Assembly (NCBI GenBank): GCA_000708835.1
Contig: DF237376.1
Location: 15,116 to 79,115, forward strand
Direction of reading: 5' to 3'
Source of the DNA: Klebsormidium nitens
Taxonomy: Eukaryota > Plantae > Klebsormidiophyceae
DNA length: 64,000 nucleotides
The position numbers and the translations under genes are program-made. Shown in pieces: positions 24,201 through 35,493 of this stretch; position 1 is the stretch's first letter, and every line of letters starts with the position of its first letter. The notes under the pieces were generated by a model. It searched no databases, had not been told where the DNA came from, and worked only from the letters and a program-made list of their open reading frames with translations.

Positions 24201-27200
24201 TCTATTACGGAAAGCACCTGACCTGTTTCATTCTCCGTTCTGACTGGGAACTTTGGCGTCGAATATGCGAGAACTAAACAATATTACCATTGCGCAGCTG
24301 ACGCGGACGTTCAACATGATGGCGGCGGAGCTGGCGACCAACCGGTCGACGCTAGAGGCGCGCGTGCTGGAGCGCACGCGCGATCTCGCGGCCGCCAACG
24401 CGGGGCTGGCGCTGGAGATCGAGGAGCGGAAGAAGGCGGAGGCGGAGGTGGTCAAGGCCAAGGACGAGGCGGTCACCGCGAACAACATCAAGTCCAACTT
24501 CCTGGCCAACATGAGCCACGAGATCCGGACGCCGCTGAACGGTGCGTGGGGAGGCTATCGCTGCTTTAGACTCTTCTTGAGCGGGAGATGCTTCCGAGTT
24601 ATGTGGTTACCTAGTAGTGCTGTGCATTTTTGAGGGTTGGCTCCACAGGGAAGCTGTTGAATGGGGCCAGGGGGTCTGAAAATAAGTCAAAGGCAGATCT
24701 AAGGATTTTAAAGGCGTCGTTAAGCACCTCTTTTCGGAGGTCGCGTGGAGTGTTTGCTGATTGTAATGTAGGGCTATCGGAAGAGAGGGCAGATTTTGCA
24801 GACTTATCCTCTATCCGACGCCCTATCCGTGCAGGGATCATCAATTGTACGGAGCTGTGCCTGGACACGCGGATCACACCTGACCAGCAAGAGTATCTGG
24901 GCCTCGTCAAGTTTTCGGCCGAGCACCTCTTGAACGTCATCAATGATATACTGGTGAGTTTTCAGCCGGACTGATTATGGTTGGCCGAACTTGAGTGGAC
25001 GGACTGGAAAAGGCCGGAAAAATGTAACGTTCGTTTCAGGGTAGGATGTCAAGCACAAGTCGCTGTGGAGCTCGTGGGCGGTTTCAGCATCTGCAAAGAA
25101 AAGAGCCTTCGTTTTTTGGATTTTCAAAGTCTCGCATGTTGCCTAAAGCTTTTGCAGCGGTGACAGGTGTCAATCGAAGCTGAAGCTGCTTGCAGTTTTT
25201 CGAATTCATCTTGCAAGTCAAATGCAAAGCGCATTGTCACTCTTGTTACCTAGGTGGCCTTCAAATCTAGGCGCTTGGAAAGCGTTCGCGCGCAGAACTT
25301 CTCGCTATTAGGCCCCTCGTCTGAAACTTCATTGATACCGAACTCCCTCCCCCACGCAGGACTTTTCCAAGATCGAGGCGGGCAAGATGGACCTGGAGAA
25401 GATCGAGTTCTCGCTGCGTAGTCAGTTGGAGCACGCGGTGTCGGTGCTTGCGGTGCGCGCGAGCAAGCGCAACGTCGAGCTGCTGTGTGACGTCAGCCCG
25501 GACGTACCGGACCGCCTCCTGGGGGACCCCGGCCGGCTCTTCCAGATATTCGTAAACTTGATAGGTGAGCATCTGGGGAGATTTGTGCTCTGGTGAGGCT
25601 CGTCTATTGACGTCTTTTGTGTCTTTTCCGGACCTGTTTGTCCTACAAAAGGTGAAACAGTCATGGGTTTTTGCTCAAGTGTTGCTTGTTTGTGTGTTTG
25701 GTGATCTTGCTATGCTTTCTAAATGTGGCCTCAGGGAGCAGGCGTGAAAATCTGAACACTTCCACCGGTTGCGTAAAAAAATGTCATCATCCCCTTGACA
25801 GCGCTGGAGTTTTTTCTGCACGTTTCAAGCATGCGCTTTGGACTCGTTTTAGCTCGCCAGGCCTTCGTCTGACCGGCCGACCTGCTCGCATCATGCAGGA
25901 AACGCGATAAAGTTCACACCGGCCCCGGGTGTGCCCCGGGGTCAGGTACTCGTCACGGCGTTGGTAGAGAGCATGTCGGAAAGCGGTGACGTCATGCTGA
26001 GGCTGATCGTAGAAGATACAGGTAAGACGTGGCGCCCACACAGGCAGCGGCTTCTTCTTTTGGGCATGATCCGCTCTCAATCGTTCTACTTTTGAAAGTG
26101 CTGTAGCTGGCATTTGAAAGAAGCAGTTACTTTTCAGCAGCTGGCAATCAGGATGACGTAAGCGTGCATCAGCTCGCATCTGAAGGAGAGCAGCCACCCA
26201 GTTATTGGCTTTGATGCAGGGACAAATGTGGAATGTGGAGAGTGCGTCCAAATTGTAAGCTTCCAGGCTGACTCCTGGTCTGGTTGGGGGCGTTGCAGGT
26301 ATAGGCATCGCGCGCGACAAGCAAAAGTTCCTCTTCAAGGCCTTCTCTCAGGTTGACAGCTCTACGACACGGCTCTACGGGGGCACAGGTAATGACCGCA
26401 CCTCGGGCTCGTGTTCAGGGTTTGTCTTTTGTTCGCTTTCACGTCAGTGCGCGGCGCAGAATTGACTCTACCAAGGGGGTGCTCATTTGCGGCCTCTCGT
26501 TCCATCGTGGCAGCTCGTATGCAGATTCTCTTCTTGTCAGCCCTAGGCGCGTTGAATTGCTCTTTGGCATGCAGGACGGCTCACGTCTTCTTTGTTTGCC
26601 TGTCCAAGCTGATGTGGTTGAGCAGTTAGGGCTTGGAAAGAGCCTCTCGAGATAGATTCTCTTGATTCTTGCCGTTCCCCGTATTCACTGCCGCTGCATT
26701 GTGCCCCTGATCTTTGCTTCACCGACCGTTGGGTCCAAACACGTTTGTTGCATCTCAGCTCCGTTCCCTTTCCACATACTGCTCCAATCCTCTGATTTAT
26801 TTTCACGCGCTTTCTGCTCTGCCGTTTCTTCGCTCCCGCTTTGGTCATTTCTCCGGATTGGCGGTTGCAGCAAGGCCTCCACAACTCAACTGCCTCCTTA
26901 TCCCGACCTGTCGTTCACTTCCGATACATTGGGTACCTGCGCTGACCTCAGTCTCTCTCCATGCTGACGCATCTTTTCGCCTCCCGTCCTCTTTCCGCAG
27001 GGTTGGGTCTGGTCATCTCCGCGAAGCTGGCCGCCGCGATGGGGGGGCAAATGTGGGTGGACAGCGAGGAGGGGAACGGCAGCAAGTTCAGCTTCACCGC
27101 CAAATTTGAGCTCAGCCCCGATCAGGACCAGCGGCGGCTATCGGTCGAGATCGAGAGCATGGAGGTGAGCCGGGTCTTCATTTGGACATTCGAACAGGCT

Positions 27201-30133
27201 GGTCATTTGGTCAAGACATTTGAAAATCAGTCTCTGGTTTGCATGTCTCTCACTCTTCCGTATGGGCGCACATCCCGGAGTAAGTTGTTGAATAACCTCA
27301 GGCGTTTGACGCAGCTTGGCTTCAGAGTCAGGCTGGCGCCCGTCTTGCGCACTTCTCGAAGTCTTAGACGATAGATTGTCTATGTCGATTATAACCATCC
27401 TTCGCGAAATTTCTTGCAGCACCTTTCTCCTTCTTCGGTTTTTGCTTCGATTCAAAAACAACTTCACTAGATCTCTTCAGAAACTCATGCACGCTTTCGG
27501 GCTCTGCTTTCGTCATCAAACCACTCCATGCTGACGTCGACTCTCGTCACCCCCACAGGACGTCTCCGTGCTGGTCGTCGACGACAACCCGACCTCGTGC
27601 GCGCTCCTCGAGCGCATGCTGACGTCATGGAAGGCGGCCGCGCGCTCGGTCCCGGGGGCATTCGAGGCCGCGGCCGCGCTGTCCGAGGCTGCGCGTGCGG
27701 GATGTCCATACCAGGTTAGAGGAATGGATCGCCAAGGGCAGATTAATGGGCTGCGATGTGGATCTGCTTAAGCAGGCCGATTGCATGCTGGATTACATGC
27801 TTGAGGGGACTAAATTCGTTGCAACTTGGTATGTTTTGTTCCTGACAGCCCTCTAATGAATTCTGTGGCCTCATCCCAAGCGCTTTGGTTGGAACGTTCT
27901 GGCGCTTCGCTAACTTGGCGGCTGCCCTCCGGGATCGTAATACAGACTGCTACCAACACCATTCACACCTCAACAGTCGCAATTGTAAGAACCCTTTTGT
28001 GGTGACCAGCGGTATCTATTCCTTTCCATTTTGGAACTTGCAAACGTAAGTTGTTGAATCTTTACTGCATCCCTGTTGGCGCCCATCTTGCTGACACGTT
28101 TCGCAAGCCCTTGCTCAGGTGTTGCTTGTCGATCTGGACATGCCGGACATCGACGGTCTAGAGTTGCTGCGCATGCTGCGCGAGGAGCGGCCCGCGCTGC
28201 TCGAGGGCGTCGCGGTCGTCATGCTGACGCCGGTCGACTACGGGGACTTGCACAAGCTTAAGGAGCTTAACGTACAGGTAAGGGGCGGTTTTCTCGATTT
28301 GCTGAACTGCTGTCGTAGTAGGGTTTGCTTGCCGGGTGTTTTCAGGGTGGATTTCGCATGTCTTCATGCTCGCTCGGGTCTCTTCTCACCTTCGGGGAAG
28401 CTCTAAGGCTTTGCAGCTTGCTTCATCTCGCTGTGCATTTTCGGTTTTTATCGTACTCAGCCTTGCCCCTTCACGTGAGCGATTGGTCAACGAAATTATA
28501 ACGAAGCGCCTTCACAAACCGCGTCAAACTCAGGGCGCCAGCCCATCAAGTTGCTTGGCCCTGGACTATTATGCGCTAGTTGCTTGCTTCTGCATGTAGT
28601 CATTCTCCGAGATATTTGATTCTGACATTCAAGGTTCAGCTTTTCCTAAGGGCAATACATAACCAAGCCATGTGCTCGTTCTGTCTCTTGGTCCATAGCA
28701 TGAAGAAAATTTTTCTCCGCATTCAGGGCAACTGCACAAAACCGATCAAGGAGTCGGCCCTCCTACGGACGCTCCACGGCGCCATCGGCAGTTCGGCGTC
28801 GCCCGGGCGGCAGTCTCTCTCCGAGCCACGGAAGCGACTCGCCCCGCAGAAAAAGCTCCACATTCTAGTTGCCGAGGACAACCTGGTGAACCAGGCGGTG
28901 GCGCGCGCGCTGCTCACGAAATGGGGGCACACCCTGCGGATCGCGCCAAATGGGCGGGAGGCGGTGGAGATGGTCACGAAGGAGCGCTTTGACATCTGCC
29001 TCATGGATGTAAGTGCTTTTGGTTTGAGGTTGCGTGCTCAAGAATCGTGTTGATTCTATTGGCTGCTTGAGGGATTGCCGCGACTGCCCCACAGACAAGG
29101 TCGTTTAGGTGATATTCAGAAAGAGGGGACACCATGTGTATGTCCCGAGGTAGTCGCCCTTTCGCAACGCTTCTCTTCGCCACTTCGTCGCAGCCCCTGC
29201 CCTTATCATCAAATTCTTGCAGTTTCGCGTCGCTTTTGCTTGAAAAACCGCGAAGCTTCGGTGCTCCGTGCAGACAAAGAAAGTAATGATTCTGGAGAGA
29301 CACTGTTCCGTTGATAAGATTTCAGAAAGCGTCCGTAATGCTCTAAGACTTCCATGTGAGGGAAGTTGCATGGAAAACAAGTTGCTTCAGGAACTCTCAA
29401 AAGAGAGAAGTACGTTCCACGCAATCCATTATTCTCGTGCGTCATCCCATCCAGGTGCAAATGCCGGTCATGGACGGGTTGCAAGCGACGGAGTTGATAC
29501 GGATAGAAGAGGGGACGTCGGGGCGGCACATACCCATCGTCGCAATGACAGCGCACGCGATGGCCGGGGATGCTGAGCGCTGCATTGCCGTTGGAATGGA
29601 CGGCTATTTGAGGTCAGTGCTGCGGTTTCCATCTTGAAGCTTGTGGGCGACTTGTATGCGGGTTCCACGTGTCCAATACTGGATGCCCTTTGGTTGTTGG
29701 GTCCGGCTCGTGGTTAAAGTCTGGTTCCTTATCGGGCAGTCTCAAGTTCGCTATCTTCTAGATTACTGAACTCATGGCCGCTGCGGCCGGTCCGGCTCTC
29801 TGGCCATGATCCTTGACGACTTTCCTGAGCTGGCAATCATAGGAGTTTGAATCGGAAGTTTTTGCCGGCATCCGTTCCCAAACAGCAATTTGACCTAAGG
29901 GTTGTTCCTGCAATGTGATGTTGTGCCTTCAGTCTGTTGCGCTGCTTATTCTGTTCGGCAGGAACTTGTTCAAGGTCACATTTGCGTGCGCTTCTGTCTG
30001 CAGCAAACCCCTGAACGCCGAGAAGCTTCATGCGTTGCTGCGCGACTACGCTCTCGGCAATACGGTTCAGGCGATCATGACGACGCAAGACATCGAACCC
30101 GAAAAGAAGAATCCCCGGAGAGCGTCCGCTTGA
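18238..30133 (+). CDS. Membrane hybrid sensor histidine kinase TM-Cache-like-TM-HAMP-HisKA-HATPase-REC-REC; 15 exons: 18238-18539, 21194-21830, 22174-22270, 23086-23324, 24298-24541, 24835-24953, 25360-25564, 25899-26021, 26299-26388, 27001-27164, 27559-27714, 28119-28277, 28727-29008, 29455-29612, 30004-30133 (~1034 aa)
   Basis: H-box [16 protein letters not shown]-box NLIGNAIKFT, G1 EDTGIGI, F box FKAFSQVD and G2 GGTGLGL. REC1 VLVVDD..LVDLDMP..MLT..TKP and REC2 [23 protein letters not shown]1 [23 protein letters not shown]2 [22 protein letters not shown], then HAMP ([21 protein letters not shown]...[13 protein letters not shown]). All 14 introns are GT-AG and phase-consistent. Confidence 0.95.
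20856..21150 (+). repeat. Two ~145-bp degenerate tandem copies plus a short duplication in kinase intron 1
   Basis: CCTCAAATAAgagTTGTtTAGAAGTCAaGCTAGCT...CTCAAAGCTCCT occurs at ~20902 and ~21046. TCAGAGGCC...GTAAC is duplicated at 20858-20897. Confidence 0.7.
22775..23130 (+). repeat. Echo array of the acceptor and 5' end of kinase exon 4 (copies at 22781 and 22936; real exon at 23086)
   Basis: ccccac|GCATCGAGGCGAAGCCGAACTTTGACGAGGCG ([10 protein letters not shown]) and ctgccag|GCGTCGAGGTGAATGACGACGAA, versus the real ctgccag|GCATTGAGGCGAAGCTAAACTACGACGAAGCG ([10 protein letters not shown]). Period 150-155 bp. Confidence 0.75.
23765..24365 (+). repeat. Echo array of the acceptor and first ~65-70 nt of kinase exon 5 (copies at 23777, 23953 and 24128; real exon at 24298)
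   Basis: CTGACrCGGACGTTCAAyATsATGGCrGCGGAGCTrGCGACCAACCrGTCGACGCTrGAGGCrC is repeated four times at 170-176 bp period. The ORF track shows [20 protein letters not shown] four times. Confidence 0.95.
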
Positions 30134-31960
30134 CATGTAGCATAGGAGACTGATCATGTATCATAGGTGACGAAATTGAGGGTTTCCTAGAAAACTTCGA
30201 AAGAACGAGTTATTGCTTGCGCGCGGCCGATCACGTGCTGCCGACTCGGGCAACGGTTGGGGCACCTCATTGACTTACTATAGATGGGTAATCTACACTG
30301 CACTGAACTGAGCTAGCCTAGTCTTTCTGGTGGGTCCGCAATGTTAGAGATTGCCTGTACACTGGATGGGTGAGGATAACAGCGCTGCGTGCTAGCCCTT
30401 TGACAAAGGTCAAGGAGCTTATAGACGTTCGGATCCACAGGTGTTCATTAGTGGGCCTGGTCAGACACCCGTTGACAGTCAAATATAAATCGGAGGCTCG
30501 CAGCGGGAATATTTGTGGATCCCAGACACCTTGATATTGAAAGCATTCCGACTCTTCTGACCTGCCAGAACATCCTGATCAATGCGCGGGTGACTTTCTT
30601 TGTTTGTCGATGTGGATGACGAAGATTGCGTACATGATGATGTGGGCAGACATCAAATTAGCCCCCAATTTCCGGTACTTGACGGACTGGCACGGCTTTG
30701 ATTTCACTGCGTGTGGCCAAGCTCAACCTTTGCGTGTCAATTAGAAGATTACGGTCGACGGGCATGCCGCGGCCTGCTAACAGTGTAGCTAGATCGTGTT
30801 AAAATAATGCTGACGAATCCGGATGGTCGGACGTACGTACGTACATGCTAGGGCGGCTGAAACGTCAGTGCCTTGCTCAAGGTGGCAAGCTGTTGTTTTT
30901 TGAACGTCTTTCGCCTTACAAACGAATCCTTGAAAGAAAACAGGGATCCTCATGCAATCAGCCTTCAAACACGTGACATGGGCCGGCGGCGATTGCGCTG
31001 TCAAATTGAATTCTCTATCAGCCGAGTGTGTCGAACCGGCTTTACGATGGCAGCCGGACAACCGGCTAGCTTAAGGTCGATTTGGATTCTCGCAGCTTCC
31101 TACAGAAGATTTGCAAGTGCGCCGGCATGCGGTCTTATATCTGGTTTGCATGTGCTTGTTCGAGAAGATCACCAAGAAGACTTTCAACACGACGATGAGT
31201 GTCCACTTGTGGTCCGACCTAGTCAATATAGCCCTTCAGATAGGCCTCAAATCCAGCATGATATCCTGATATCAGACTCTCGATAGGTCTTCCTTGCGAA
31301 CCCTGCCCGGGTTCAAGAGACGTCGCAACATTCTTCCTTGGAGATCGAGTCAATGGGTTTGGCCTCGAACAGAGAGTTCTGATTGCTCAGGCGGCCGCGT
31401 TGCAGCTGATTCGGCGAACGACTTTGGTAAGCTTCATGAACCAGCACATGTCAAGCAATTGCCATCGCAAAGACAGACAGATGATCATGCGAAAGCGACG
31501 AACTGATTGAGTGTACAGCGCTCCCGCAGTACTTTAGAAAGGGACCAGATTTTCTTGGGAATTCCCAAGCATGCAAACTATTGACGTGCCATCCGTATCT
31601 CCAGAACCATTTCTAGAGGCGGAAAGAAACTCGCGAGCTTCCGCTACTAGGAGTGCTGAAACTTCGTGTCCAGTAGAAGCTCTTGAAGTCTGACAAGGCA
31701 GGGTCTGAAGGGTCATGTGTCGAGCCGCCATGATCACCGAACATAAAAAACTCTGATAATTGAATCTTGGTGACCTGACGATCAACTTCAGTCGATAAGG
31801 AAACGTGAAGACTTTGGGTGCAGAGGAGTGGAGAGAGGGGTCACTCAAAACTTGAAAGCTTGGTCAATTAGCGGCAGTTCGGTCGGTTATACGGTAGCGT
31901 GCCGCGGCCGCCGCAATTATAAACGCCCTACCCAGACGGTCGGCCGGGTATCCGATAAGG

Positions 31961-32052
31961 CCCGGCCGCGCCATCTGAGCGCAAATCTCGATTCCCTCAG
32001 CAAAACCCTGTGGCACGTACCACGTTCCGGGTGGCGGCCGCCACGCGCGCGG
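31961..32052 (+). promoter_or_regulatory. GC-rich module shared with 40395-40486, just upstream of ATG 32136
   Basis: Collinear blocks CCCGGCCGCG-CCAT / GCGCAAAyCTCGATT / GCAAAACCCTG / ACGTACCAC / GGCGnCCGCCAnGCGCGCGG are present at both sites. Confidence 0.55.
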
Positions 32053-32135
32053 TGCGCCGTTGTGGCATTTCTGTGCTGACTCTATAACTCCGTGACAGCT
32101 TCAGACAAGAGAGGGCGTATTTTCACAATACCAAG

Positions 32136-33030
32136 ATGGGGGGCAACGCAAGCAAAGAGGAAGGACCTAGATTGGACAACATATCTCGCTTCTTGCAGGT
32201 AAATGATCAGCCGTCCTTCTATAAGGACTGTAAGGATTGGTATGTCTCAGGATCTTCCCGCTCAATGTCTGGCGCCTGTTGTTGACGATGATAGCGGTGC
32301 ATTCACCGCTTTCCTCTGAAGGCTTTGAATAATCAAGAGGGGGCTCGAAGATTACGAACAAAAAGAGCTTTGAGTCTGATTGAAAGCGATGATAAGCTCA
32401 CAAAGCAAGTTCTCTTTCAATACTAGTCTTTCCTCCCTGAGGTATGAGCTCCATATCTGTTTGCAAAAGAGAACTTCTTTACTCTGTGTAGACCAGACCA
32501 ACTCTGAAGATTCTGAAGCATGCTTACTGCATCTATTTCCCGCAGGAAAAACGCACGTGATACTCCTCGAATCGGGTCAAAAGCCTGACAACAGAAACGC
32601 TGTGTATACCATTTGCGAAGCGGCAGGCAAAATGATACTTTCCCCGATGAACAGGTGAACAGATATCCGGGGCCTGGTCATTTCTAGCTTATTGAAATTC
32701 TACCTCAAGGGATTCGATCTGCAAAGAACTTGGAAGTGATTGACTAATCAGGTATCTTTGTCAAGCACTTCCATTCCCAGATTGAGCATGCTCACTGGGG
32801 TCTCGAAAATCATTTTGCGGCGATGCAGGGTGAACTTGGACAGGGACTGCATCTTGGAAGCGTGCAAGGACCCTGATCAAGACTGGACTGTGCGCTTCAA
32901 GAGCCCTTTCCTCCAGGTTCGACACGGCTACATTTGTTTGAAACTTGACTTTCTCGCTTGCACAAGCGTCTGGTGTCTAAAACAGGAGAAGCAACTGAAA
33001 GTTCTTTCTGACTTTATGTCTCTACTCTTG
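32136..33030 (+). pseudogene. Possible decayed F-box/LRR gene
   Basis: MGGNASKEEGPRLDNISRFLQ|(52-nt GT-AG intron)|DLPAQCLAPVV has an F-box-like LPxxxL start followed by a stop. Downstream LRR-like fragments are IEILPQGIRSAKNLEVID* and SIPRLSMLTGVSKIILRRC. The evidence is fragmentary. Confidence 0.3.
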
Positions 33031-34155
33031 TAGAGGCTTCTTACTGATCTACACATGCATCTTTAAAACAATTGGTCTCCGTTTCACCTCATGTGAATGA
33101 GTCGGATCGAGGAACAATTGCAGCTGTCTTGGATCGAATCGCTACTCAGATCGAAATCCCAACCATCCTGCTTCTCTCATGCTTGCAGTCCGATGCTTGG
33201 TGGCTGGCCCCCCGCAATGGCCAACTTGTCTTTTGTGATTCGGACTCTGAGGTGAGACCAAAAGTTCTTGACTAATTTTTACTCGTAACAGTGTTATAAG
33301 ACCTCAAAAATGCATAGGCTTGTAAGTTGCCGTCTGAAAATATCCGTGTGACGATTAGGCGCCATTAATCCGGCCTACCCCAAGAGTCTTATCTTCCCAG
33401 GTACTTTGCGCCGCAGTACACATCCGATGCCGTTCTCTCTTACAAAGGTCATACTTACCATCAGGATGTTTCAACTCTTCATTTGATATTTCGAACATCT
33501 TCCTCTTTGAAGGAGACAAAGTGGACCGTCGAAGGGGATAACTTTGGGGACTGTCAACTCAAAAGCATCTGGTAAGGCAAGCTTATGCAGCCAAAAGGTA
33601 TCCGCGTCACCGCCCTGTCTCGTGCAGAAGGATAGGCTATCCATACATTTTGCCATGTCAAGTTTTTTCTCACGTGGATTGCCCCTGCCTAAGTGCTATC
33701 TTCGTGAAACGTTTGCACCCGCAAAACATTCAAGGTTGCCGTTGCCAAGCTCTCAAATAGCTCTTCAAAAGCACGCTTTCTCTTTCTCAAGTTAGTACCG
33801 AAGCATCATCACATCCTGTACGAAAGTTGTCACTTGACCACTTTCAAAAGCAGATCCGACGTCTTTTGCAGTGGAAACTGGTCGGCTACGGTGCGCTTTC
33901 TCTTCATGGCGTCAGAATGGTTTGATCCGGCCAATTTCCCGCTGTCTGAAGGCGGGCCTTATAAGCTGCAAAGCACAGCTTTGGCGGGGCTTCAGGAGCC
34001 GGTTCGCAAGAGAGTCATGTGAGTTTGTCAAGAGCTTCCAAAACATGTTGCAACGTTTGTGCCTGAAAATCACATGTTTCCGTTTTTCATTGATAGCTCA
34101 AGAGAACCAAACAAAGGCACATTGCTAAAGAGGAGACAAGAGGAGCGAGCAGGCT

Positions 34156-35028
34156 TGGTTGTTGGATACTCTCCCTCCTGAACTGCTTCGTCAAGTTTTG
34201 TGACGCATAACAAGTCTCATCAAAGCAGAGCGGTAGGTTGCAATCAGGCGGGCTTTATTTTCCTGAAAGAGCCCAGTCGCATTCATCACCGTTCCATCGA
34301 GTCATCTTGATCAACCCGGGCGTTTTCACCAGAGTGGCAACGTCACCCTGATAGCAGTTCTATCGCCGGTAAAGCTTTTGGACTCTTGCATTGAAGAGAA
34401 AAACAGGGCTATTTTTGCGTGAAAGTGAAGGCCGATCAAGGTGCAGCTCGAAGTCTTGGATTGAAGCATTTGTATTAAGCTCTCTCACCATGCATCGATC
34501 TGCGTTCGAAAGTAAAGGGAGAGTGCAGCGCTCAGGTTGGAATTTGCGTTCAAGAGGCAGTGGTGGTGCACCTATCTGATAGATTAAGTTGCATACCTTC
34601 GCTCAAAAAGTTCCCGTGATTTCCTCCAGACACGAGTTCCCGGATCCGCCTGACCCTCAGAAACCAAGAGAGCCGCTGCGGGACGAAGAACAGAAAGTAG
34701 TCGACGCCGCCGTGAGACTTAACGACTACTTCCTACGGATGGATGTCGCAAAGGAAGCGCACACAGGGGCGGATATGGCACGGCACTTCAGGAAAGTCGG
34801 AAAAGAGGTAGAGAGAGCTAGCAGAAGGCTTCCCAAAGAGGCGGCTTGAAAAGGGTAGAGGACGCCGTGCTTGAGCTAGACCGCCGTCTACAGGGCATCC
34901 CACTCGACCCACATTTGCAGGTCGTGGTTCCGCTGAGCAGCAGAGACCTTGTTCCGAAGGGTCGGTCGGATTACAAAGCTTTTGTGGAGGGGTTCATGAT
35001 GGGCCTGACGATGTGGCTTCTCGAGTGA
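34156..35028 (+). pseudogene. F-box gene remnant with stops and a frameshift
   Basis: WLLDTLPPELLRQVL* (34156-34203) matches the F-box start LxxLPxELLxxIL. The downstream ORFs 34589-34849 and 34846-35028 overlap in different frames. Linkage of the pieces is inferred. Confidence 0.35.
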
Positions 35029-35493
35029 GGGGTAGCGTCCTTTGAGGGTCCTCTGCAGTCTGTTTGCTTTGAATCGGGCTTGCTTGTTGTACATGGGGCT
35101 CGTAGTGCGCGCAAGCTTGCACAGCATCCGGTAGAGGGAGATAAGATCCTTGATGCATTGGAAGGAGCATTGAGAAAGGCAGCTTTAGCTTGCGAGTCGA
35201 TAGTTTAAATAACTCAATCAGAGTGCGGTACGACTAGGGACATAAGGATCCTCCAGGTACTGTGACACTGTTCTTAAATGCATTGTCAATGTTTGCGATC
35301 GATCATGCATAAGCCAAACTGATTCCAATGCGATTCTCTAGGCTGCAGCAATGGCTAGGCATGAAGATGTAACCCGTTCTCAACCGGACGGACTCAAATG
35401 CTCGTGCATAAAATGTGGTGCGTTCTTGGAAATCTAGCCGTGTCAAAGGCTCTGCACTGCAAGCTGCAATCACCCATGGCCGGGTGCCAAAAG

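Noticed and set aside
10600-24365. Periodic repeat-spacer look of the echo arrays as a CRISPR array
   Set aside because: Eukaryotic intronic context, repeats are copies of host exon edges, the 'spacers' are related to each other, and no cas genes are present.
18238-30133. Calling the kinase a cytokinin receptor (AHK/CHK) or ethylene receptor
   Set aside because: A HAMP domain is present, REC1 is intact, and no CHASE, GAF or ethylene-binding TM motifs were recognised.
3137-30133. A co-regulated desiccation/osmostress cluster (Em + MFS + kinase)
   Set aside because: Only proximity supports it; a housekeeping prefoldin gene lies between them and no shared cis-element was found.
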